DNA from: a virus
Strand: one strand, 5' to 3'
Length of the DNA: 64,000 nucleotides
IMG/VR virus record: IMGVR_UViG_3300024319_000005
Location: 1-64,000 of that record
Part shown: positions 28,889-38,584 of the stretch, piece after piece
Layout: each line of letters starts with the position of its first letter
Position numbering within the stretch: the stretch's first letter is position 1
Program-made: the position numbers and the translations under genes
The notes under the pieces: model-generated
Told to the model about the DNA's origin: nothing
Database searches by the model: none
Seen by the model: the letters and a program-made list of their open reading frames with translations, nothing else

Positions 28889-31159
28889 CTATATACAGCC
28901 TTCTGATTTTATTTCTAAATTCCAAACATTTGTTGCACACGGATTACCTTTTATAGTAGCTGTTGCTGTATCTACTCCATTTATATAAGAAATTGGTATA
29001 TTTGCTACAACAGCGTCTGGTAATATTAATGAAGTGTATATAATTCCGTTACATTCAAAAGAATCTTCACTAGTACTTATATAAGGCATAACTGCAGACT
29101 CTCCAGTATGGTAAATAACATTACCATTGTACTCTATTACTAACCCATCAGGGACAGAAGCTGCAAAAAATGTTAATTTAATATTAGAAGATTCTCCTAC
29201 TTCTATATTAAACTGTGACGATGATCTTATTCCTCCAGGTCCTATTTGATAATATAATGTACTTGAACCTGTTTCTCCTATATTACAAGGTATCGGAGTA
29301 GTAGTAAATGTTAAGCTATTACAACTAATGTTACTACCTAAATCTGAATCTATTATTTCTATTGTATAAGTTCCTGCTATAAATGGTATAGTTTCATCTG
29401 ATGCATATGTAGTTGCTGCATCATAAAAAGTACCCATTGCTACTTTTATAGTTTGACCTTCTGCATTTTCTGCTGGGTTTAAATCTTCATCTAAAAATTG
29501 TAAAACGTAGTTATCTACGTCTACATTATTTTCTTGTAAAGTTTCCCAAGTTAATTTTCCAGGTACTGTAGCATCTGTATTAAAAGTTATATTGTTGTCT
29601 ATACAGAGATCACAAGAAGATACATTAAAGTTTACTTCTCCATTTACTGTAATATTTCCTGAAACATTAGTAGCTGTATATGCTATAGTACCACTAAATT
29701 CGTAATTATTACTTACTTCTATTTTAAATCCAACAGTAGGAATAATATCTACTACAGTTAATCCAGGGTATAATTCTATATCACTTACTGGATTTTCTAT
29801 AGGTATATTATCAATGTGTGTTATTGATAGCCCATTGTAAGCAGGAAAATCAGTAGCTAATACTGCTAAAATTCCTGAAGTAGTGTTACATACTAACTCA
29901 TAGGTAGTTGGATTTGATACTGGAGTTCCTGTTATACAAAACTGCAAAGTTGCAGTATTTACTTGATTATCATTATTTGTTATACTGTAAGATACTTGTT
30001 CATTTAAATCACTTACATAACCATTAAATGATTGTATTTCAATAACCCCATTTGTTACATATTTAATAGTTAAATTATTATTTATTGCTATTGAAAGGTT
30101 ATCTATTACTGATACACCATTAATGTGAGAAATTGCTTCTCCATTACCTAAAGAATCATTACCTAATAAATTAAGTATAAATGTTTCTCCTGATGTAATG
30201 CAATCTTCTACAATATCATTAATTGCTACAGGTATAGTAAATACTTCTGTAGGTAGGTCAGATAAATCAGTTCCTATAGGGCTATTAACTGTAAATGTAT
30301 AACTAGAACCATTGCTAGAAAACGAAGTGTTTATTCCGTATAATTCTAAGTTATTAACTATTTCAGTAGGAGTTGTCATATTAATTGACCCACCATACTC
30401 TATAGGAAATATTACTCTATCAAATACTAATTCATTTACATCAAAGAAATCAATAGTGCCTAATTCTACATCATAAGTAGTTTCTACAAATTCTACTAAA
30501 GATATATCAGATGCAGTTACTTCTGCTACTATACCTAGTAATCCAAATTGAGTAACTATATTAGCTAATGAATTAACTTGTACTACAGCTCCTCCGTAAG
30601 ATGTTAAATCTATAGAGTTATAAACAGCACTATCAAATGGCGTGTCAACTAAATTGTAAGAAAATTGTACTATAGGATCTGATGATATTTCTATATTAGC
30701 AACTGGACCAGTGTACTGTACAAAAGAAATACCACTAGCAGTTACATTTGTTGTTGCGCCTGTTAGTTCTTCTATTCTTGTTTTTAAAGCATCTAAAGAA
30801 TATATAAACTCTATTGGTTCTCCTCCGTAAAATGCTAAATTAAACCTAGTTTGAGTTGTAATACTAGTACTTGCATTAGCAGCATTAACAAAAATAATAG
30901 CAGGATCTAACGTAGAAATTATGTCAGTTGCTACTGTAGTTGTGTTTAGTATTGTTATTTGATTATTTATCATTTTAACTGCTATTCCTAAAATAGATAA
31001 AGCAGCTATTACTTCTGCATCAGAATTTACAGTAGTAAAAGTACTACCCCCATAAGGGGATAGATCAATATAGTCAAAAGAACTATATACTCCACCAAAA
31101 TCAACACCATTAGGGTTTAAGATAGAGATTGAATTAAAACATTTAAATTCTGTTTGCAT
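28889..31159 (-). CDS. Beta-rich structural protein with cadherin/Ig-like domains
   Basis: 756 aa. PVAIND...NLLGND...SYSIT cadherin-like pattern; N-terminal IDL.xYGG repeats. Confidence 0.55.
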   Translation of the reverse strand: MQTEFKCFNSISILNPNGVDFGGVYSSFDYIDLSPYGGSTFTTVNSDAEVIAALSILGIAVKMINNQITILNTTTVATDIISTLDPAIIFVNAANASTSITTQTRFNLAFYGGEPIEFIYSLDALKTRIEELTGATTNVTASGISFVQYTGPVANIEISSDPIVQFSYNLVDTPFDSAVYNSIDLTSYGGAVVQVNSLANIVTQFGLLGIVAEVTASDISLVEFVETTYDVELGTIDFFDVNELVFDRVIFPIEYGGSINMTTPTEIVNNLELYGINTSFSSNGSSYTFTVNSPIGTDLSDLPTEVFTIPVAINDIVEDCITSGETFILNLLGNDSLGNGEAISHINGVSVIDNLSIAINNNLTIKYVTNGVIEIQSFNGYVSDLNEQVSYSITNNDNQVNTATLQFCITGTPVSNPTTYELVCNTTSGILAVLATDFPAYNGLSITHIDNIPIENPVSDIELYPGLTVVDIIPTVGFKIEVSNNYEFSGTIAYTATNVSGNITVNGEVNFNVSSCDLCIDNNITFNTDATVPGKLTWETLQENNVDVDNYVLQFLDEDLNPAENAEGQTIKVAMGTFYDAATTYASDETIPFIAGTYTIEIIDSDLGSNISCNSLTFTTTPIPCNIGETGSSTLYYQIGPGGIRSSSQFNIEVGESSNIKLTFFAASVPDGLVIEYNGNVIYHTGESAVMPYISTSEDSFECNGIIYTSLILPDAVVANIPISYINGVDTATATIKGNPCATNVWNLEIKSEGCI

Positions 31160-31531
31160 TTAAAATATATTAGAAATTATTAATAAAGCAATAAGTAAAG
31201 AAAGTATTTTACTACCCCAGTATAAAGTTGGAGTTTTAGATAAATACCTGCTTATTAAACTAGAGTCTCCTATTGTATTCCATGCTACGCTTGTATTACC
31301 TAAAAATGTTTTTAGTACATTTATAATAGTGTCATACATAGCCCAGCTTAATAAAGCTACAGCAATAGATAATACAGGATTTACAAGTCCTATTATTAGT
31401 ATTACTACTAACCTATTAAAAGCTCTTGAGTTGCTGTTTAGTGTTTCTCCTTCTAGTAAATGCTCTGCATCTATTAAGGCTATAGAAACTACCCAAGAAA
31501 AAATTAAAATTGTAATTAAAATTGCTGTCAT
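31160..31531 (-). CDS. Multi-pass membrane protein (holin candidate)
   Basis: 123 aa with 3-4 hydrophobic segments. Confidence 0.4.
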   Translation of the reverse strand: MTAILITILIFSWVVSIALIDAEHLLEGETLNSNSRAFNRLVVILIIGLVNPVLSIAVALLSWAMYDTIINVLKTFLGNTSVAWNTIGDSSLISRYLSKTPTLYWGSKILSLLIALLIISNIF

Positions 31532-31570
31532 GTTTATTTATTAATTTGTTTATAAATTTTTTTATTTTTA

Positions 31571-33325
31571 CTATACTCCACCGTCATCAGTAAAACTCCA
31601 ACCATTAGCTAATAGCGCAGTTCTTGCTGTACCACTTGTTGCTGTAGTATATGTAGATGGAATAGTGTAAATGTTTCTTCCAGTTAGTGAATAAGTAATT
31701 CTTTGTGCATTTAACCTATTTAAAAATCCATCATAGTTTGTTGTTCCTATATTAGTATCAGTAAACATTTGATAATAATCTGTAACTAAACTAAAATTCC
31801 AATTACTTAGATCTGGATTACATTGAGCACCTTTATAAAACATTTGTCTCATAGAAGTCACTTTGCTCGTATCCCAACCGCTTACATCTGGATTAGCTAG
31901 GGAGTTACTATTATTACTATAAAACATATATGCCATTTTAGTTACATTACTAGTATCCCATCCACTTGTATCGGGGTTTGCATCATAAGCATATTGAAAC
32001 ATTGCCTGCATATCAGTAACTAAACTGGTATTCCATCCACTTGTATCTGGATTTGCATCATAGGCACCATAAAACATATATTTCATTGATGTAACTAGAC
32101 TAGTATCCCACCCACTTGTATCTGGAGTTGCAATATAAGCACTACGAAACATATATCTCATTTTTGTTACTTTGCTTGTATCAAACCCACTTACGTCTGG
32201 GTTAGCTGCTCTACAATTAGAAAACATAAACTCCATATTATTAACATTACTTGTATCAAAACCACTAACGTCTGGATTTGCAACGTAACAAGCATCAAAC
32301 ATCCTACTTAAATTAGTAGCAATGCTAGTATCAAAATTACTTACATTTGGTGTAGCTACCCTACAATTACTAAACATACTTTGCATAGTAGTAACGTTAC
32401 TTGTATCAAACCCACTTACATCTGGATTTGCTACATAACAATTTTGAAACATAGAACTTAAATCAGTACAACCACTTGTATCAAAGCCGCTTACATCTGG
32501 AGTTGCTGCTCTAGCACCAAAAAGAAATGAAGAAAGACCATTTCCAGTAATACTACTTGTATCAAACCCACTTACGTCTGGATTTGCAAGAACACATTGA
32601 TAAAACATATATCTCATACTAGTTACTAAACTAGTGTCAAAACTACTTACATCTGGAGTAGCTACTGAGCAATAAAAAAACATACCATACATATTAGTAA
32701 CATTACTAGTATCAAAGTTACTAACATCTGGTGTAGCTAATCTACAAAACCAAAACATACTATCCATTCTTGTAACACTACTAGTATCCCAATTACTTAC
32801 ATCTGGGTTAGCTGCTGAACAATTAGAAAAAATACTACGCATATTAGTAACATTACTAGTGTCTAGTAAACTTACATCTGGATTACCTGTTGAATTAGCA
32901 AAACATAAATACAAATTTGTTGTAGTACTTTCTAAATTTGCAGCAACGGATAGCAAAGAGCTACAATATCTAAAACTTGCAGATGTTGCTCCAGTTATTC
33001 CCCAATCTAAAATCTTAGTTAAGAATTGTTTATTTGCAGTAGATGCACTGCCCCAAGCTAAACTTGTAGCAGTTCCATAATATCTAATAACATAAGTCCC
33101 AGCACTTGCAAACGTATGTGTTGCTTGATCTGGACTTCCAATTACATCTGATGTGCCATCATCAAATACTAGTCTACCACTACTGTCACTTGACCTAATT
33201 GGAAGATAGACAGTTGTATTTGCTGCTGTAGTAGTAAACTCCATAGCAAATGAACCATCTGCCACAAATGAACCACCTACTCCTGCTTGTTGTGGTACGT
33301 GTCTATGTGGGTTAATTATATTCAT
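31571..33325 (-). CDS. DUF285/BspA-type leucine-rich-repeat-like adhesin (receptor-binding candidate)
   Basis: About 15 tandem ~25-aa repeats PDVSxxDTSxVTxMxxMF. Confidence 0.85.
   Translation of the reverse strand: MNIINPHRHVPQQAGVGGSFVADGSFAMEFTTTAANTTVYLPIRSSDSSGRLVFDDGTSDVIGSPDQATHTFASAGTYVIRYYGTATSLAWGSASTANKQFLTKILDWGITGATSASFRYCSSLLSVAANLESTTTNLYLCFANSTGNPDVSLLDTSNVTNMRSIFSNCSAANPDVSNWDTSSVTRMDSMFWFCRLATPDVSNFDTSNVTNMYGMFFYCSVATPDVSSFDTSLVTSMRYMFYQCVLANPDVSGFDTSSITGNGLSSFLFGARAATPDVSGFDTSGCTDLSSMFQNCYVANPDVSGFDTSNVTTMQSMFSNCRVATPNVSNFDTSIATNLSRMFDACYVANPDVSGFDTSNVNNMEFMFSNCRAANPDVSGFDTSKVTKMRYMFRSAYIATPDTSGWDTSLVTSMKYMFYGAYDANPDTSGWNTSLVTDMQAMFQYAYDANPDTSGWDTSNVTKMAYMFYSNNSNSLANPDVSGWDTSKVTSMRQMFYKGAQCNPDLSNWNFSLVTDYYQMFTDTNIGTTNYDGFLNRLNAQRITYSLTGRNIYTIPSTYTTATSGTARTALLANGWSFTDDGGV
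31800..32890 (-). repeat. ~75-bp coding tandem repeat array (DUF285 units)
   Basis: Recurring cttgtatcaaa(a/c)ccactta(c)gtctgg on the + strand. Confidence 0.85.
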
Positions 33326-33898
33326 TTAATAATTAATATTTATGTAATTAGATACGCTATCTTTTATCCAATTAAATAAAATTAATAAATTTTGATTAGT
33401 AGGTTCTTCTAATTTATTTAATTTGCTGCTAACAATTCTCCATACGCCTCTATAAAGCGGTTCTATGCTAGAATACAGTAATTCTGTTAACTCATCAATT
33501 TCATCTTCTGAAATATTATTGTTTGCACGTTCCGTTTCTAGTTTAACAAAAAACTCATCAAATAATTTTATGCCTTCTTCTTTATGAATTTCCTGCAGTG
33601 TAACATACTGATTAGGATTTTCATAATTTTCTATTTCTTCTTGAGTCATTTCTACTGCTACTGATTCTATAACATATTGATTTAAATATGAATACTCTTC
33701 GTGAGGTGTATTTGTTATCTGCTCTGGTAACTTAACTAATTTATGTGTAGTAGAGTCGTAAGTAGGAATTGGTTTATTTACAATTAATAACCACTCTAAA
33801 TCTTCATCTAAGCCTACAACTGGATCCATTTGTAAATTAGGATACTGATCTTTTTTTATTAGTTCCTGTGTTGATTTTTGTATTAATGCCGCTTTCAT
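33326..33898 (-). CDS. Tail fibre-associated (assembly/chaperone-like) protein
   Basis: 190 aa with PTYDSTTHKL...MTQEEI; directly after a fibre gene. Confidence 0.5.
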   Translation of the reverse strand: MKAALIQKSTQELIKKDQYPNLQMDPVVGLDEDLEWLLIVNKPIPTYDSTTHKLVKLPEQITNTPHEEYSYLNQYVIESVAVEMTQEEIENYENPNQYVTLQEIHKEEGIKLFDEFFVKLETERANNNISEDEIDELTELLYSSIEPLYRGVWRIVSSKLNKLEEPTNQNLLILFNWIKDSVSNYININY

Positions 33899-33901
33899 AT
33901 T

Positions 33902-36900
33902 TTATGCTTTTGTTCCAATTAAGGTTATTTTCAAACCTGCTCCTGCCGTAGTAGACCCTACTTGTCCTATACCTACAGTTATTTCTCCATCATCCCCTAA
34001 TGCTGTTGTAGTTATATTAGCTGCTGTGGCTGCTGTTGTACTTGTTCTTTCTGTAGAGTCTATAGATAGTACATTAGTAGTAAATATAGATGATGCGTTT
34101 TGTTTCACATCTACCAAAATAGTACTGCCTACTGGAGCAGTTGTAACACTTGCTCTTACATCAGTTAAAGTCATTGCGTAAGGCATTCTAAATGTAACTA
34201 CATTTTGTCCTGTTGTTAAGTCTGAAGTTTCGTCACTTGCAGCAATTGTAATTGCAAATTTATTATCATCTACATAATTTTTTGTAGCTACATCTTGAGA
34301 AGCAAGAGGATCACCAACACCTACTATTCTATCATCTCTAAATGTAGCTCCTAGTGTTCCATCAGTATATATTTCAACTCTACCAGAATTATTTTTTATA
34401 TATTCACCTCCTGCTCCTGAATCAAAATCTCCGATACCCCAATTGTAATCGCTAGATCCATCACCAGCATAAAACATTACATCACCTTCTTGATTAAATT
34501 CTACAGATCCATTTACTTCTAATTTAGAACCAGGACTTGTAGTCCCTATACCTACATTACCAGCTGCGGTAATACGCATTTTTTCTGCATTAGTAGTTTG
34601 AAACACAATAGGCGCAGCCTCTCTTGTCTTTATGTTTAAATTACCTGTACCTCTATGGTGAATATCGCTACCTGTATTTGCTCCTGTGTTATTTCTAATA
34701 ATCCTAAGTCCATAATCTGAATAAGTAGCATCTCCGATTAGGTCTATATAAGAATAACCATTTCCTGTTCTGCCTGATCCTAATTCTAGTATAGATGTTT
34801 GTGTAGTGGCAGCTCTTGCAGTAATATTATTACCTGTGAATAAGTTGTATGTTACATCTACATTTCCAACTACTTCTAGTTTTTCTGATGGGCTTGTAGT
34901 ACCTATACCTACGTCACCATTCCCATCAATACGCATATGCTCAGTAGCATTCTTACCAAACGTAATTAAACCACCACTATTATCATGTGATCCAAACTGC
35001 ATATACCCCATTAAGGTACTATCTACTTTTCTCTGTATTTTTTGTCCTAAGGTTTCCCAATTTGTTCCTGTACTTAATCTCTCCGATGTAAATTGTAAAG
35101 TATCAGTGTTGCCAGTTGCAGTTTTTAAACTAAGCAAAGCAACATCATCTCCTGCAGTACCTCCTAATGTTCCACCATCTACATATAATTTAGCTATGGG
35201 ATTAGTATTCCCTATACCTACATTTCCATTAGAGTCTATCCGTACTTGTTCAGCTCCTGCTGTATATAAACGCATAGCATCAACACTATGTGTATATCTA
35301 ATCTGTCCTGCAGTACTTGATGCGGAATCCCCAAAGGCAACAATGCTAGATGCAGTAGCTCCCCCAATTCTTATTCTAACTAAAGCATCATCTGAAGTTC
35401 CTGTGCCTGAAGACCGAACTCTAATAGAAGGATCAGTAACAGCTTGTACATCAAGAAGATGACCAGGGTTAGTAGTTCCTATACCTAAATAACCTGATGA
35501 ATCAATACGCATCTTTTCAGATGTGCCTGAGTCAAATATTAGCTCACCTGCATCTGTATAAATACTTGCGCTAGTTGCTCCACTTTCTCTAAATCTTAGT
35601 CTTGGATTATCTGTTGAGTCTGTATCATTAATAACTATTTCAGCACCATCTCCTGACACTACCAATAGTTTATCTGGATTTGTAATCCCTATACCTACGT
35701 TGCCTGTAGTGTATACTGCATCGTTAGTGTCTGTACCATCTACGAACTTACCTCCACCTCCGCTACCATTAGCAGCAGCAGTTATTCTACCCTGTGCATC
35801 TACAGTAATATCAGCAGCAGTGTAAGAACCTGCAGTTACCGCAGTATCATCAAGGTTTACTGTCAAAGTGGTAGATCCCCCAGCAGTAGATATTCCTGTA
35901 CCCCCAGCTATGTCTACAGTAGCATTATTTGTTATAAAAGTAGGAAGTCCAGTATCTCCTTGTAATCGCCAACTATAAGAACCAGCAGCATCTATCCAAT
36001 CTGTACCAGTTGCGGTAGAAGATAATACTTGACCGCTTGTTCCTGGTGAATTGCTTGAGTCATAGTAACTACCTGTTATTCTAGCGTTACCTTGTACGTC
36101 TAATTTATGTATAGGGCTTGTAGTTCCTATACCTAACTTTTCATCCTTCCAAGTAGATCTTTGGGTAAATTCTCGTTGTGTATACCCAGTGTCTATAGTT
36201 AATTGATCACTAGCTGTAACTGTATTGATTGAAACGTTGGCTTTGTCAGCAGAACTCCTGGAGTTGATCATTAAATCTGCAGTTACACTTCCATATATAG
36301 TTATACCTGCTAATACTTCAAAACCAAATATAAAACCTGCGGTAGTTGTTTCCTTTGTCCATAAGAAAGGTTTAATAAACCTATTCCCATTATTGTCCTC
36401 TTTGTAATATATTTCCCATGCTAAATCTGGCAAAGTCCCAGATCTAAGAACAACGTCAACATCAATTACTTGAACCTGCTGTGCACTCTGAGCATAAAGT
36501 TTCCCAACAATTTGATAGTTCTTAGAAGCACCACTTGGGATAATAGTAACAACTTTTTGGTAATCTCCAGCTACAAAGTAAGAGCCTACTAAATTCCCAC
36601 TATATGCTTGGTTAGCACTAATAAAATTAGATCCAACATACTCTTGTCTTGGACCATTAAATAAAGTGCCACTATATTGAATGTCTCCAGTTACATCTAA
36701 TTCGTAATCAGGACTTGTATTGTTTATTCCTACATGACCATCGTTTTGAATCCTCATCTTCTCATTACCACCAACGCCAATTCTAATAGGGTTTCCTTCC
36801 CCTTCATATAAAAGAACATCACCAGACCTAGCGGATATATCAAAGTCAGAACCAGTAGTATCAGTAAGGCGTAATCCAGCAGTATCTGTATTCTGAATCT

Positions 36901-38584
36901 GTAACCCTTTACCACTATAGGATAATGAAGGACTCATTGTCCCTATACCTACGTTGCCACCATTAAAATAAGAATTTCCAGTTGATGAGTCTAGATGTAT
37001 AGTAGTTGTATTACTACTATTCCTAATATCCACATATCCATTATTTGAACCATCTTCGATAACCTTAAAAATTTCAGATGTATTTCCAGCGTTTTTTACA
37101 GAAATGCCCTCAACTTCTGTAGCACTTGTTTGGATGGTAAGTTTTGCGGTTGGAATAGTAGTTCCTACTCCGACATTTCCTGTAGTATATACTGCATCTG
37201 TAGTAGTTGTTCCATCTACAAATTTATTATTTGGAATAGCATCTACTAAGTCTTTTAAAACTTTGCCTTGTGCTGCTGTTAATCCTTCTGTTGTAGATGT
37301 ACTTGTTAAAGTATTGTTTAATGTAATTGCATCTAAAAATGCAGACATATCAATAGTAAATGTACTTGCATCATCTCTTGTAAACGTAGCTACACCTGTT
37401 GAACTATTTAATGAACCACTAGTTAGTCTAGCTAGGTTTGTATCATCTAAATACAAAGATAAATCTATATCAGTATCAGTACCATTTTCATCTGTATATG
37501 TAAGGATGTTTGATGCAATAGCAATACTTGTTACAGTTTCTGGTATGTTTACTTGCGCTCCAGCTTGTATACTATTTAATTTAGATTTTTCTGTTGGTAA
37601 AAATACTCCAGCAGTACTTGTAGTAGCGGCTGGAATAATACCATTATTTCCATCGCTTGATAATACTGTCACGCTAGTTGTTCCAGTAGAAACTGCTATG
37701 TTTGTAGATACGTTTGATACTTTTGCAGTATTAGCAACGACATCAGTATTAGCTGATACCCTAGCTTCTGTATAATATAAATTAGTAGTACCTTCTAATA
37801 AATCATCTGTATCAGTTGGTGTATTTAATATGTCTGTATACGTTAATTGCCTTCTGTCTGGAGCAGTAGTATTACCAATAAATACATGAAGTGAATCTAA
37901 GTTTGGAATATCATTTGCACGACCAGCACCTTGAATAATTATTGTTCCATTATTATCGCTTCTAACTACTCTACCAATATTTTGAACAAACTGCGTTTCT
38001 GCACTTGGTCTAACATTAGTTAGTTGTCCTGCCGTATTACTAAGATACAATGTATCGTTTTCTGAATACGCACTTGTGTTAAAACTGCCAATTTCACCAC
38101 CAATAATCATTACACCATTTGAGTTATGATTAATGCTAGAGGTTGTTACACCCATTGCAGGGTTTGTTCCAGTATTAACTGCTAATGCTATTAAGTCATT
38201 GTTTCCACTAACTCCACTAATGTATACTGCACTATTAGCTGGAATAGTTGAACCAGTTGTATTACGTACTTCAATTTCTATATGACTTGCTGCTACTGGT
38301 GATCCAGTTGGATCTGTGTATGTAAAAACACCAGTTGCATTATTATAATTTAATGATGAAGAATCAGATGTTAAACTGATTGCATTGCGTGATTTAGTGT
38401 CTGTATAATACTCATTAGTAGTTCCTTCTGCAATGTCATCTGTATCTAAAACAACAACTCCTGTTTGACCATTAACTGAATCAACATCTCCAACATTAGT
38501 TGTTACTGTACCATCTGCAAGTAAAAACTCTGAAGATGTACCGCCTATTACTTGAAATTTATCTGCTATATACTTCTTGCTCAT
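33902..38584 (-). CDS. Long tail fibre protein
   Basis: 1560 aa. Many MRI..GNVGIGT..P..KL.V repeats, VDSVNGQTGVVVL and AGSYT...ITVDAQGRIT fibre motifs. Confidence 0.85.
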   Translation of the reverse strand: MSKKYIADKFQVIGGTSSEFLLADGTVTTNVGDVDSVNGQTGVVVLDTDDIAEGTTNEYYTDTKSRNAISLTSDSSSLNYNNATGVFTYTDPTGSPVAASHIEIEVRNTTGSTIPANSAVYISGVSGNNDLIALAVNTGTNPAMGVTTSSINHNSNGVMIIGGEIGSFNTSAYSENDTLYLSNTAGQLTNVRPSAETQFVQNIGRVVRSDNNGTIIIQGAGRANDIPNLDSLHVFIGNTTAPDRRQLTYTDILNTPTDTDDLLEGTTNLYYTEARVSANTDVVANTAKVSNVSTNIAVSTGTTSVTVLSSDGNNGIIPAATTSTAGVFLPTEKSKLNSIQAGAQVNIPETVTSIAIASNILTYTDENGTDTDIDLSLYLDDTNLARLTSGSLNSSTGVATFTRDDASTFTIDMSAFLDAITLNNTLTSTSTTEGLTAAQGKVLKDLVDAIPNNKFVDGTTTTDAVYTTGNVGVGTTIPTAKLTIQTSATEVEGISVKNAGNTSEIFKVIEDGSNNGYVDIRNSSNTTTIHLDSSTGNSYFNGGNVGIGTMSPSLSYSGKGLQIQNTDTAGLRLTDTTGSDFDISARSGDVLLYEGEGNPIRIGVGGNEKMRIQNDGHVGINNTSPDYELDVTGDIQYSGTLFNGPRQEYVGSNFISANQAYSGNLVGSYFVAGDYQKVVTIIPSGASKNYQIVGKLYAQSAQQVQVIDVDVVLRSGTLPDLAWEIYYKEDNNGNRFIKPFLWTKETTTAGFIFGFEVLAGITIYGSVTADLMINSRSSADKANVSINTVTASDQLTIDTGYTQREFTQRSTWKDEKLGIGTTSPIHKLDVQGNARITGSYYDSSNSPGTSGQVLSSTATGTDWIDAAGSYSWRLQGDTGLPTFITNNATVDIAGGTGISTAGGSTTLTVNLDDTAVTAGSYTAADITVDAQGRITAAANGSGGGGKFVDGTDTNDAVYTTGNVGIGITNPDKLLVVSGDGAEIVINDTDSTDNPRLRFRESGATSASIYTDAGELIFDSGTSEKMRIDSSGYLGIGTTNPGHLLDVQAVTDPSIRVRSSGTGTSDDALVRIRIGGATASSIVAFGDSASSTAGQIRYTHSVDAMRLYTAGAEQVRIDSNGNVGIGNTNPIAKLYVDGGTLGGTAGDDVALLSLKTATGNTDTLQFTSERLSTGTNWETLGQKIQRKVDSTLMGYMQFGSHDNSGGLITFGKNATEHMRIDGNGDVGIGTTSPSEKLEVVGNVDVTYNLFTGNNITARAATTQTSILELGSGRTGNGYSYIDLIGDATYSDYGLRIIRNNTGANTGSDIHHRGTGNLNIKTREAAPIVFQTTNAEKMRITAAGNVGIGTTSPGSKLEVNGSVEFNQEGDVMFYAGDGSSDYNWGIGDFDSGAGGEYIKNNSGRVEIYTDGTLGATFRDDRIVGVGDPLASQDVATKNYVDDNKFAITIAASDETSDLTTGQNVVTFRMPYAMTLTDVRASVTTAPVGSTILVDVKQNASSIFTTNVLSIDSTERTSTTAATAANITTTALGDDGEITVGIGQVGSTTAGAGLKITLIGTKA

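Noticed and set aside
31800-32890. CRISPR array or DGR target in the 75-bp repeats
   Set aside because: The repeats are in-frame protein repeats without unique spacers; no reverse transcriptase or template repeat was seen in the window
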